Virus record (IMG/VR): IMGVR_UViG_3300025018_000139
Length of the DNA: 20,000 nt
From: an uncultured virus (IMG/VR IMGVR_UViG_3300025018_000139)
Taxonomy: Duplodnaviria; Heunggongvirae; Uroviricota; Caudoviricetes
Direction: 5' to 3' (one strand)
Below, one piece after another: positions 8,017 to 16,536 of the stretch (position 1 is its first letter; each line of letters starts with the position of its first letter). The translations under genes were made by a program, and so were the position numbers. Below the pieces are notes generated by a model. That model worked only from the letters and a program-made list of their open reading frames with translations. It did no database searches and was not told the origin of the DNA.

Positions 8017-9240
8017 TTAGAGCGAAGTTTTTTTAATCAATTTTACTTTTTTCTTTGACTTTTTCTTTGTTTTTTTCTTTACTGTATAAAGCCGATCATT
8101 TCCAATAATTTTGTTTAGTTTTCTGATTCTCTTTTCAAGATCAACAACCTCTTCAAGAGCCTGCTCCAAGCCAAGAACATTTCTTCTTTTATGGAACTCT
8201 ACAATAAAAGCAATTGGCAATCTCTTTAGTCGATTTCTTGCTTGGTCAGGAATGTCTGGCCCTATCAGCTTATCTACAATTTCATCGTCGAGAGTTTCAA
8301 CTTCAACCATATCATCAAATCTTCCCGGACGGATTACAGCATCGTCTAAGCTTTCAATATGATTAACTGAAACCATTAACAATTGAACATTTTCATTAAA
8401 CTCTTCAAGCTCCGTCAAAAGTTTTGTAGCTCCCATTGAACGATCAAAATCATCAATCATTAAGGTAGAAGGTTTCAAAAGCTCAATTGCCAAAATCATA
8501 TCTTCTGAATTTAGATGTTCAAGATCTCCAACATTAATTCGAAGACTATACTTTCCAAATTCTTTTGCAACGTATCTCATTGCTGAGCTTTTTCCTGTTC
8601 CTGCGGTACCATGAAGCATAACGCTTCTATGATATCCTTTGTCCAAAAACTTTTTAGAACGCTCAAGAATTCCATCAGCGATTGAACTTCGATGAACATT
8701 GTCTTGCCTGTCAACCTTGAAGACAGTAATTCCCCCGCCCCAGTCATCTTCGATGACACCTTTCTTTTTTCCGATCTCGCAAGCAGTTGTCCCAAGGTCG
8801 GCCCAGACCATTTTTCCAAGAGCTTCCATATACTCTTCTCGGCTTACTTCTTTTCGAACAAATGGGCCATGAATCTTTTCACCACCGCCAAAATCTTGCC
8901 ATCCAAAATTTATTCCATTAATATCTATTGATATTGATCTACTGTCTTCAATCTCTTGAAGAACCTTAATTTCATAGTTTCTTTTTGCAATGTCAAAAAG
9001 ATAGTCTTTGTATTCCCAAAGATCAACAAGTGCCCACCCTTTGAAAGGTTTGGATTTTAGCCTTTCAGAATGGTGAAGCCAAGAATTTGCAACCTTTAAT
9101 GAAATTGAAGCATAATCTGATGCGCGCGGAGAATCTCTCAAGTGAATTAAGATATCTCCGGCATCTGATGCAATTTCCAAAAAATGCCGAAGACCTTGTT
9201 TCCAATTGATTTTTTTAATGCTTTCTTTCCACATTGTCAT
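8017..9240 (-). CDS. AAA+ ATPase (classical AAA clade) with uncharacterised N-terminal domain
   Basis: Walker A GTAGTGKS, Walker B LMIDDFD, sensor/SRH SVNHIESLDDAVIRPGRFD, Lys-rich tail. Confidence 0.9.
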   Translation of the reverse strand: MTMWKESIKKINWKQGLRHFLEIASDAGDILIHLRDSPRASDYASISLKVANSWLHHSERLKSKPFKGWALVDLWEYKDYLFDIAKRNYEIKVLQEIEDSRSISIDINGINFGWQDFGGGEKIHGPFVRKEVSREEYMEALGKMVWADLGTTACEIGKKKGVIEDDWGGGITVFKVDRQDNVHRSSIADGILERSKKFLDKGYHRSVMLHGTAGTGKSSAMRYVAKEFGKYSLRINVGDLEHLNSEDMILAIELLKPSTLMIDDFDRSMGATKLLTELEEFNENVQLLMVSVNHIESLDDAVIRPGRFDDMVEVETLDDEIVDKLIGPDIPDQARNRLKRLPIAFIVEFHKRRNVLGLEQALEEVVDLEKRIRKLNKIIGNDRLYTVKKKTKKKSKKKVKLIKKTSL

Positions 9241-9276
9241 TGGCCAATTATACGAAATTGGTCAACAAAAATTCAA
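9240..9276 (-). promoter_or_regulatory. Sigma70-type promoter TTGAAT-N18-TATAAT, 6 nt before ATG 9240, overlapped by an imperfect palindrome
   Basis: TATAAT at 9247-9252 and TTGAAT at 9271-9276 (minus strand). Inverted repeat TTGGCCAATT 9240-9249 / AATTGGTCAA 9256-9265 (9/10). Confidence 0.65.
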
Positions 9277-9283
9277 ACATAAT

Positions 9284-9466
9284 CTATCCCAATAAGATTT
9301 TACTTTCTTTTAATTGGCCAGAAAGGCTATCAATTGTTCTTTTCTCTCCAGAAATCGCATCTTCTGCATATGTTTGATTGTTTTCGCGGTATGCAATTTC
9401 TCCTTGCCCCAAAATGCCACGACTTCTGAGGTTGTTTTGTTCTATCTGATTTAATGGTATTTTCAT
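9284..9466 (-). CDS. Small hypothetical protein (60 aa)
   Basis: ORF fills the gap; ends LKESKILLG; TAAAAT lies 6 nt before the ATG. Confidence 0.7.
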   Translation of the reverse strand: MKIPLNQIEQNNLRSRGILGQGEIAYRENNQTYAEDAISGEKRTIDSLSGQLKESKILLG

Positions 9467-9514
9467 GATATTATTTTATCCTTTTAAATAACTATGTTTA
9501 GAATAGTTATTGTT

Positions 9515-9901
9515 ATGCTAGTATCAAAATATGACCTAAAAAGACTAATAAGAGAAGCAATTGAAGAAGAATTTATCAAAGAAGACTCTATAGACCCAGA
9601 AGGGACTAGATATACCATTGATAAGGCCAAAAGCGGAGAAGAGCCGGGAGTTATGGGAATTGATCCTGATGACATGAAAGATCAAATTCTTGATCAGTTT
9701 TCAGTAACGGCAGGTTCTCTTGTTAATTTTATAAAAGAAGTGCGAGTTATGAGAGAGATGGCAGGAGAAATGAGCCAAATGGAAGCAGAAGGCGCAATTC
9801 CTGGGGATTTTGGAACAAGAATGTGGCATGCAATAAGTTCTGTTGATAGAGCTGCAAGATTGATTGTTAAAAAATGGAATAAGCTCAATAATATTAAATA
9901 A
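9515..9901 (+). CDS. Hypothetical protein, candidate virion/head-associated
   Basis: N-terminus MLVSKYDLKRLIREAIEEEFIKE resembles leaders common on large-phage virion proteins. ATG 9515 is preferred over 9494 because of ATAGTTA-N5-ATG. Confidence 0.75.
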   Translation: MLVSKYDLKRLIREAIEEEFIKEDSIDPEGTRYTIDKAKSGEEPGVMGIDPDDMKDQILDQFSVTAGSLVNFIKEVRVMREMAGEMSQMEAEGAIPGDFGTRMWHAISSVDRAARLIVKKWNKLNNIK

Positions 9902-9918
9902 TTTTTATATTTAGTATT

Positions 9919-10770
9919 ATGTCTCGTTCAAGTTTTACCGATTTTATTAAAAAATATTTGCCACAACCTAAAGTTCCTGAAACAAAAGGAATTCTTCAAG
10001 GCTTCGTTAAGGAGTCTATTGAAAAATTCAAAGATGACGGATTGGACGATGATGATATTGATTCTTTAGAAAAGGTTGCGTCTAAAGAAGGAACAATTAA
10101 TATTGTTCCTAAAGAATATTTATTCATCGACCTGACAAAAGAACCCAGAACAAAAGATCGTGGTAAATCTCAGGGTAAAAGAGATTGGAAAAATGTAAAA
10201 GGCATAACCCTTCATCAAACAGCAGTTGACTTTGGCACAAATCCAATGAGGCTTCTTAATGTGCCTGTTCATGGTGCTACGCTAAAAGATGGAAAGATTG
10301 TTTTGTTGCATACTCCAACGGCATACATGTGGCATGCTCACTCACTAAATAAATATGACGTGGGAATTGAGGTAAGTTGTCGAACTGCTGGGGTTCATGG
10401 TGTCGAAAGAACCTTCTGGAGAAGCAAGAGGGAGATCGACGCAAAAAAAACATATGAAGATCTTGTTGCTGACCCTACAGAAATTCAACTTGAAGCAACA
10501 AAAGAACTATGTCGCTACTATATAAGGCTTGTTGAAGAAAATGGTGGCAAAATTGAATTTATTCATGCCCATCGCCAAGGACACAAAAGCCGTGTTGGAG
10601 ATCCTGGTTCCCTAATCTGGCAGAAGGTTGCAATTCCAATTATGGAAGAATTTGGACTTAGTTGTGGGCCAATTGGATGGAAGGTTGGATCAGGTAATCC
10701 AATTCCTGAAATTTGGGATAAAATTCGAGGAAAAGGAATTTCTTATAGCAGTTCTTTTAAAGGGTTTTAA
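9919..10770 (+). CDS. N-acetylmuramoyl-L-alanine amidase (Amidase_2 family), putative endolysin
   Basis: ITLHQTA (Zn His), WHAHSLNKYDVGIEV, QLEATKEL, HAHRQ...GDPG (Zn His/Asp). Confidence 0.85.
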   Translation: MSRSSFTDFIKKYLPQPKVPETKGILQGFVKESIEKFKDDGLDDDDIDSLEKVASKEGTINIVPKEYLFIDLTKEPRTKDRGKSQGKRDWKNVKGITLHQTAVDFGTNPMRLLNVPVHGATLKDGKIVLLHTPTAYMWHAHSLNKYDVGIEVSCRTAGVHGVERTFWRSKREIDAKKTYEDLVADPTEIQLEATKELCRYYIRLVEENGGKIEFIHAHRQGHKSRVGDPGSLIWQKVAIPIMEEFGLSCGPIGWKVGSGNPIPEIWDKIRGKGISYSSSFKGF

Positions 10771-11282
10771 ACTGAGGCAATTTCATTTGGCATATGTATT
10801 CTAACTTTTTGTTTTTGCATATGCGCTTTTCCATCTTTTCCAATCACCTCAACCTCGCTTATACCATCCTTAGATGCCGGAGGATTTATCTTGGGAGGTT
10901 GCGCTGACTTAATGGGAGCCAAGGGTGGAACTATCTTCTTTTCTATTGATTTTTTAGGCTGCTGAAACAAATCATTTGAAACGTCAGCAGAGCCAAATTT
11001 TTCACTAGCAATTTCCAAAGCATTTTCAACCATCATATCGATGGCCTTGTTTGCATTATCTTTAAGTGCTCTAGCAACATCAGCAGAGTTTGTAAAAATT
11101 TGTCCATTTATTTCTTCCAAATTGTATGGACCTCTTCCTTCGGGATCCATAACCAAGAAATGGGTCTCTTCTCCTTCTATCGTTGTTTTTCTGTTTATTT
11201 CTTGTATTTGAACAGGAACAACCGTATGAGCTTTTGAAGAAATAATGTATAAAACTTGTCCTATTTTGTATAAATCTTGCAT
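10767..11282 (-). CDS. Hypothetical protein (171 aa)
   Basis: YKIGQVLYII beta-barrel-like start, helix, Pro/Lys-rich tail. Shares the TTAA stop palindrome (10767-10770) with the amidase. Confidence 0.8.
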   Translation of the reverse strand: MQDLYKIGQVLYIISSKAHTVVPVQIQEINRKTTIEGEETHFLVMDPEGRGPYNLEEINGQIFTNSADVARALKDNANKAIDMMVENALEIASEKFGSADVSNDLFQQPKKSIEKKIVPPLAPIKSAQPPKINPPASKDGISEVEVIGKDGKAHMQKQKVRIHMPNEIASV

Positions 11283-11301
11283 ATTCTAATCAACTTAAAT
11301 T

Positions 11302-11358
11302 ATATTTGGCAAATAAACCTATCATGAAATTTATCAGGTAGGTTTATTTGCCAAATAT
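11302..11358. repeat. Perfect 20-bp inverted repeat with 17-nt loop
   Basis: ATATTTGGCAAATAAACCTA (11302-11321) / TAGGTTTATTTGCCAAATAT (11339-11358), intergenic. Confidence 0.95.
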
Positions 11359-11378
11359 GTTCCTGACAAATATTATGA

Positions 11379-11567
11379 TTATTTAGGGGTTGGTTGCAAT
11401 GCTTCTGTCAAAACAAGAAAGCTTTGGTTCTTTGGATTCTCTTTTTGCTGATAACCTGAAAGATCCAAACTCTTTAGCTCGTTGATTAGTTTTTTGTTGT
11501 CTTGTCGTCCTCCATGAAGGTCATAGATTCTTACCAATTTATCGATTACTGATTGATGTAGTTTCAT
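11379..11567 (-). CDS. Small hypothetical protein (62 aa)
   Basis: ORF co-directional with its neighbours; extended -10 TGATATAAT at 11624-11632 upstream. Confidence 0.65.
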   Translation of the reverse strand: MKLHQSVIDKLVRIYDLHGGRQDNKKLINELKSLDLSGYQQKENPKNQSFLVLTEALQPTPK

Positions 11568-11632
11568 ACTTTTATTCTCTTATAAAATCCCAAAATGTTA
11601 AGTTCTAATATTAACACATGGATATTATATCA

Positions 11633-12478
11633 CTAATGAACACTACTTGTTGCCTGTCTTTTTCCGCCAGGAAATCTACCACCGCCGGCCGGGCCACTTC
11701 CTTTACCAACCCCAGCTCTTTGAGTCTTTGGATGGGCATTAGCCTTAACTTTGCTTAGGCTATTATTTGCATCAAATGGATTCATTGGGTTTTTATTGAA
11801 TTCAGGTTCTTCTTCGTTGTCCCAGGGAAATTCGTCACCTGTATCAATAACCTTTTCCAAATACTGATCCCAAGTTTCACTCATCGGACTTATAAAAGAA
11901 GATTCAACAACAAGCGCCTTTAAATCGTCCATCAAATGAGACATATTGTAAATTTTTGCTTTTTGAATAAGATTTGGATTTTTTCTTCCTCCCATTATAT
12001 TAGCAATGGCCAAATCTTCATCTTTAAAATTTGTCGCTGATTCTTCTGGTGTTTTGTCTTTTTCTTGATCTATTTTTTCTTCTAATGCAGCAAGAATTAT
12101 TTCAACTTGAAGCTTTGTCAATCCATGTTTTTTTGGATCCCAAAAACCATGCTTAGAACCGTATTTGTAAATGTTGACTCCTCGCTCTTCGAAATCTTCA
12201 ATCATTTCTTGAGGAATTCCTCTGGTAACGTAGATCATTTCATTTAAAAATGCTTTTGTATATTCTTTAATTGACTCTTCAATTGTTTTCAATTTTTGAT
12301 AATACAAAGGATCTTCAGTTAAGTGATCCATTGCAATCTCCCTTGCTACTATTGGATCACTTGTATGTTCAAGTTCAACATCTATTCCAATTTTTAATTG
12401 TTTTGGATCGAAGTCGGATGGAGTAAAGGCATCGGCCAATCCTCCTGGCATAAGATCTTTGAATTCATTATTTGCCAT
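11633..12478 (-). CDS. DUF5661-like domain protein, candidate virion-associated
   Basis: N-terminal PGGLAD...FDPKQLKIGIDVELEHTSDPIVAREIAMDHLTEDPLYYQKLKTIE matches the GxxVExEH...IAxDHLxExxxYY pattern I recall for DUF5661. Gly-rich basic tail. Confidence 0.8.
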   Translation of the reverse strand: MANNEFKDLMPGGLADAFTPSDFDPKQLKIGIDVELEHTSDPIVAREIAMDHLTEDPLYYQKLKTIEESIKEYTKAFLNEMIYVTRGIPQEMIEDFEERGVNIYKYGSKHGFWDPKKHGLTKLQVEIILAALEEKIDQEKDKTPEESATNFKDEDLAIANIMGGRKNPNLIQKAKIYNMSHLMDDLKALVVESSFISPMSETWDQYLEKVIDTGDEFPWDNEEEPEFNKNPMNPFDANNSLSKVKANAHPKTQRAGVGKGSGPAGGGRFPGGKRQATSSVH

Positions 12479-14276
12479 AAACAGAATGCTTCTTTAGAAA
12501 TTTCATAAAGACTTCTTCGGTAGCAGTAGCCTCTCCATCGTCTAGCGGGTCTTCCATTTGAGATTTTGTTTTTTGCTGAGTATGATCGGCATCATAAAAC
12601 TGCCAACCAGTCAACCCCGGATGTCCTTTTGAAGATGGCTCTTCAGGAGATTTTGGATGCATTGTTGGAGTGTCATTTTCACGATACTTTACATTGTAAC
12701 CACCCGGAGTTCCCGTTCTGCGATAAAACCAATAATTTCCATCTGTTCCTTCAACGGTTTCTAGAAGACTTTCAGAGAGTAGTTCTTCTCCATAAAATTC
12801 GATTACAAGTTCTCTCATGGCATCTTCTGGTGTGTCTCCAAATCCTTCTGCTTGAGTGCCCCAGTCACTTCTTGCTGCGGCATACCACCCATCAACATCT
12901 TTCGCCAAACCAAAAACTTCTCCAAAATCATCTTTATATAAATGAAAATCCTCTTCATTTCTGTCTTTGCCCATATATGTCAAAATCACATCATTTACTC
13001 TAATAACGTTTGGAACCATTGACTCATCTTCATCTTCGTCTTCGTCTTCAAAGTAATTGATTTCTTTCATTTCCATAATTGGCTCATGGAATTTTTGGAT
13101 TACTGACTGAATGGCATCTTTTGGAGTGTCTCCAAATCCATTGGTAATAAATCTGAAATTTATAGGATCTACTACATCTACATTAAAATAATCATCGTCA
13201 TCTAACCAAATCTGAAATCTTAAATCTTTATTTTTTTCAGAAGAAACAATCTTATATACAACTTCATACCCTATTCCATCGCCAGTATGGTATTTTGTTG
13301 GGCCTATTTTCCCAACTTTTTTAAGCAAAGTATCTCCAAATCTTAAATTATTTGGATAATCTATAATTTCGACTTCATCCTGATAACCAATATCTATGAT
13401 GTCTTCAGCCGAATTTCCATCATCTTCAAAATCCTTATTATTAGCCTCACCCAAATACCAACGTGACATTGCGTCACTAGCATTCTTATAAGGATTTACA
13501 ACCTCTTTTTTAAATCCGTCAAAGGCCTGAAATCCTGGCCCAATTCCTCCTTGAACCATTGTTTCTCCTTCCATCAAAGAAGAGAGTTCGCTATGATCAA
13601 TATACATATCTGTCTTTCTGTCATAGTATTGGCCTTCTTTTGGATCGTAATAAAGAATACGTCCCTTCATATTGAATGGGCCTTCAAGTCCATTGATTTC
13701 AGGATATTCATCTGGGTCGATTCCTGGTCCCGAATTAAACTGATCCATAACAGACTTATGGTGTTCTCTAGGAGACATTACCTGTCCCATTTCGGAAAGG
13801 ATCGGATTAAAGTTTTCATCAAACTCTGGGAGTTCTTCTTCACGAATAGAACTCATTCCAAAAGCGCCAGGATTACTTTCTGCAATCTTTTGAAATAGTT
13901 TTATTTTTGGACTATCCAAATCTTTCCAGCCCGAATCACGATGATATCCGCCATTTACAATTTGTCCCATTATTTCTGATTGAGATGGAGAATAACGAGA
14001 AGACAAAGCATAGCTTGGAGAGCCTACAAAGCCTGAACCGCCAATAGGCGTTCCTTCATTGAGCATTTTGCCTCCTTCCCATTCGGGAATCTCTTCTTGC
14101 TCGCCAATCATACGAATAAGACGAAGATCATCTTCTTCAACAAAAGAAATGTTTTCGCTTATAAATTTGCGATCTTCTTCAAATTGTTCTTCATAACTTT
14201 CAACAACGCTATGACGAACATTTTCAATGTCATCTTCTTCAATTAGTGCAGCAAGCAATAATGTTCTGTCTTTCAT
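12468..14276 (-). CDS. Large acidic modular protein (602 aa), candidate head-packaged protein
   Basis: Very D/E-rich; contains a GLEGPF...YYDPKEGQYYD module and two related ...GFGDTPxDA domains. Confidence 0.85.
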   Translation of the reverse strand: MKDRTLLLAALIEEDDIENVRHSVVESYEEQFEEDRKFISENISFVEEDDLRLIRMIGEQEEIPEWEGGKMLNEGTPIGGSGFVGSPSYALSSRYSPSQSEIMGQIVNGGYHRDSGWKDLDSPKIKLFQKIAESNPGAFGMSSIREEELPEFDENFNPILSEMGQVMSPREHHKSVMDQFNSGPGIDPDEYPEINGLEGPFNMKGRILYYDPKEGQYYDRKTDMYIDHSELSSLMEGETMVQGGIGPGFQAFDGFKKEVVNPYKNASDAMSRWYLGEANNKDFEDDGNSAEDIIDIGYQDEVEIIDYPNNLRFGDTLLKKVGKIGPTKYHTGDGIGYEVVYKIVSSEKNKDLRFQIWLDDDDYFNVDVVDPINFRFITNGFGDTPKDAIQSVIQKFHEPIMEMKEINYFEDEDEDEDESMVPNVIRVNDVILTYMGKDRNEEDFHLYKDDFGEVFGLAKDVDGWYAAARSDWGTQAEGFGDTPEDAMRELVIEFYGEELLSESLLETVEGTDGNYWFYRRTGTPGGYNVKYRENDTPTMHPKSPEEPSSKGHPGLTGWQFYDADHTQQKTKSQMEDPLDDGEATATEEVFMKFLKKHSVYGK

Positions 14277-14303
14277 ATTGGATCCCTATGACTTAAATAG
14301 GGT

Positions 14304-14831
14304 TCAATCAACTCTTTTATACATAACATCAGTTCTTAGTGCGTATTTTATCCCAGAAAGGACAGGCATGCCTTCGTGCATCAAATGATGCATAAAAAGA
14401 ATAGCTGAACCTGTTTTTGGAGAAAATGTTTCCATTCCAAAAAATTCAGTTTCTCCACCTTCATAATCTTCATTTAAGTATATTAAAATGGTTTGGAAAC
14501 TTCTTTCTTTTTCGTTTCTTATAAAAGAAGCATCTGAATGCAAAGCAAAATTTTGTCCTGGATTGTAACGATAAATTTTAAATCTTTCATTTAGGCCAAT
14601 CGGCCTCCATTTAAGATCATTATGTATCAATTTTGATTTTATTTTATCAAAAAGTTTTTGAGCCAAAACATGATCGTCAAAAATATAGCGATCATTGTTT
14701 CTATAGTTTGTATCAATTTTATCACCGCTTGGTGTGGTAATAGAAGCAATGCTCATACCAGAGTTTTCTGCCAAATCAATAAAATCCTTACATTCTTCCG
14801 GTGTCAGTAAATTTTCTATAATTGTTCTCAT
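14304..14831 (-). CDS. 2OG-Fe(II) oxygenase, prolyl-4-hydroxylase-like
   Basis: LTPEEC start, RYNPGQNFALHSD (HxD), TILIYLNEDYEGGETEF, HEG (distal His), KYALRTD. Confidence 0.92.
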   Translation of the reverse strand: MRTIIENLLTPEECKDFIDLAENSGMSIASITTPSGDKIDTNYRNNDRYIFDDHVLAQKLFDKIKSKLIHNDLKWRPIGLNERFKIYRYNPGQNFALHSDASFIRNEKERSFQTILIYLNEDYEGGETEFFGMETFSPKTGSAILFMHHLMHEGMPVLSGIKYALRTDVMYKRVD

Positions 14832-14836
14832 AAATT

Positions 14837-14974
14837 TTATTCTGATTCGTTTTTTCTAAATGTTGAAAAACTTTCGTGAGTTGATTTTAGCATAGTTTTT
14901 GAACATTTTGGAAGCTCGTCCATGTAATGGGATATCAAATTTTCAACTGGCTCTAGTGCTTTTATTGTATCCAT
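14837..14974 (-). CDS. Small hypothetical protein (45 aa)
   Basis: Read manually: MDTIKALEPVENLISHYMDELPKCSKTMLKSTHESFSTFRKNESE*. Tiles between the 14979 stop and the 14831 start with 4-5 nt gaps. Confidence 0.55.
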   Translation of the reverse strand: MDTIKALEPVENLISHYMDELPKCSKTMLKSTHESFSTFRKNESE

Positions 14975-14978
14975 AATG

Positions 14979-15338
14979 CTAATTCAATCCTTCAGGAGTT
15001 TTTTCTGCATTAGCAACAACTCGTTCAGTTATTTCTTTTCCCTTTTTTGTTGCCTTTTCAAGAGCCTCCAATCCAAACGCTACTCGAACCTGATCCAAAA
15101 GCTCTGGCCCCAATACCTTTTTGGCTACTCCATAATTGAAATAAATATGAATATCTGTATCACAAATTGGAACATCTTCACCAGCCGGTCCAGGCTCAAA
15201 TTCTCCTGTTCGTTTAAACTCCCAAATAAACAATTTGTCGGGAATTGTTTCTCCGACAGGAATTTCAATAAAAGGAATTTCAGAACCTTCTTGGTATGAT
15301 ATTTCAGAATTGCCGTTCCATTTTTTTCTATTAGACAT
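14979..15338 (-). CDS. Hypothetical protein (119 aa)
   Basis: ORF with extended -10 TGATATAAT at 15358-15366 upstream. Confidence 0.8.
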   Translation of the reverse strand: MSNRKKWNGNSEISYQEGSEIPFIEIPVGETIPDKLFIWEFKRTGEFEPGPAGEDVPICDTDIHIYFNYGVAKKVLGPELLDQVRVAFGLEALEKATKKGKEITERVVANAEKTPEGLN

Positions 15339-15363
15339 AATAACCCTTCATAAATGGATTATA

Positions 15364-16536
15364 TCACATAGATTGGATTTTACTAATGCCGACTTGATAA
15401 ATTTTCTGCAATCCGCTAGGCATTTTTGACATTTTTTCTTTTAAGTTCTCAATTGCCATATCTTTAATCCCCTTTTTTGTACTTCCAACAACAAGTTGAG
15501 CTGTTTTTTTTGCGTCACCTTGCCCTTTTTGCTGGATTAGTTCAGAAAATTTTCCCTTTGTTGCCTTATCCAATGCGCTTGTACTTTTAAGGGATTGGAT
15601 ATGTTCCTTTGTAAGGTCGACAACTTCTCTTACATAATCCTTTGCAAGTTCTTCGGCGTCTTTGCGCATGCTTTGTGCCAATTGACTCTGTTCAATTGCT
15701 TTTTCAATCTCTGGAGATTTCTTAAATGCATCAACAATTTTTCCAAGAAAATCCTTGATTCCTTCTTGAATAATTTCTTCTTCTCTAGAAATTGACTCAT
15801 AATGAGTTTTTCCATAAAATCTTTTACTATAATCTTGTCCTTTTGGATCTTTTTTAGGGTTCCACCAACGATGTTGTTTTATCTTTGGCTGAGTTATTGG
15901 CTTTTTTGCACCAACGTCAACTGGCAAAGGCTTTGGAGAAGTTGGTCCACCTCTCATTCGTCCAACGTGTCCAATTCTGCCTGTTACTTCTCTTGCTTTG
16001 TCCGTTAAATTTTTTACTTTTTGATTGCCGCCAGCAAACATATCGATAAGGCTCAAAGCTGTATCTGGAGCAGCTTTCAAAACCCTTCCTGTGACGTAAG
16101 AATGCGGAGCGTACAGAAACGCCATTAGAGCTGCATCGCCTGTAAATAAGTGAGCTTCTGTTCTGGCGAACACTTCTTTATATTTGTCTTTGATAGAGTT
16201 CATTCTTTGATCGAATTCTTTTTCAAATTCATCATAGTCTGCCTTGTATCCTGGAATGTACAGGGCCATAACGTCTTCCGACAACTTACCAGCAAGTTTC
16301 TGAATTTCTGAAGAAAACCTTTCAACAAATGCGGCAGTATGCCTCAAAGGATCAACGAATGCATTGAAGATATCGGTAAAGAATTCATCAGAAACCCCAT
16401 GACCGCCACCACCGCCACCACCGCCATAGCCGCCATAGCCGCCATAGCCGCCATAATCTCCACCATCTCCATATTCATTCAAAAAAACTTCATTTAAGAA
16501 TTCTTTTAGAATCTTATCTTGTTTTGGTTCTAACAT
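15364..16536 (-). CDS. Hypothetical protein (390 aa) with Gly/Tyr-rich N-terminal segment, candidate virion-associated
   Basis: ILKEFLNEVFLNE leader, (GGY)n-Gly run, helical body; ATATTTA-N5-ATG upstream. Confidence 0.85.
   Translation of the reverse strand: MLEPKQDKILKEFLNEVFLNEYGDGGDYGGYGGYGGYGGGGGGGGHGVSDEFFTDIFNAFVDPLRHTAAFVERFSSEIQKLAGKLSEDVMALYIPGYKADYDEFEKEFDQRMNSIKDKYKEVFARTEAHLFTGDAALMAFLYAPHSYVTGRVLKAAPDTALSLIDMFAGGNQKVKNLTDKAREVTGRIGHVGRMRGGPTSPKPLPVDVGAKKPITQPKIKQHRWWNPKKDPKGQDYSKRFYGKTHYESISREEEIIQEGIKDFLGKIVDAFKKSPEIEKAIEQSQLAQSMRKDAEELAKDYVREVVDLTKEHIQSLKSTSALDKATKGKFSELIQQKGQGDAKKTAQLVVGSTKKGIKDMAIENLKEKMSKMPSGLQKIYQVGISKIQSM
16403..16456. repeat. 9-bp period coding tandem repeat (CCGCCACCA x2, CCGCCATAG x3, CCGCCATAA)
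   Basis: Seen directly; encodes YGGYGGYGGYGGGGGGGG on the minus strand. Confidence 0.9.
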
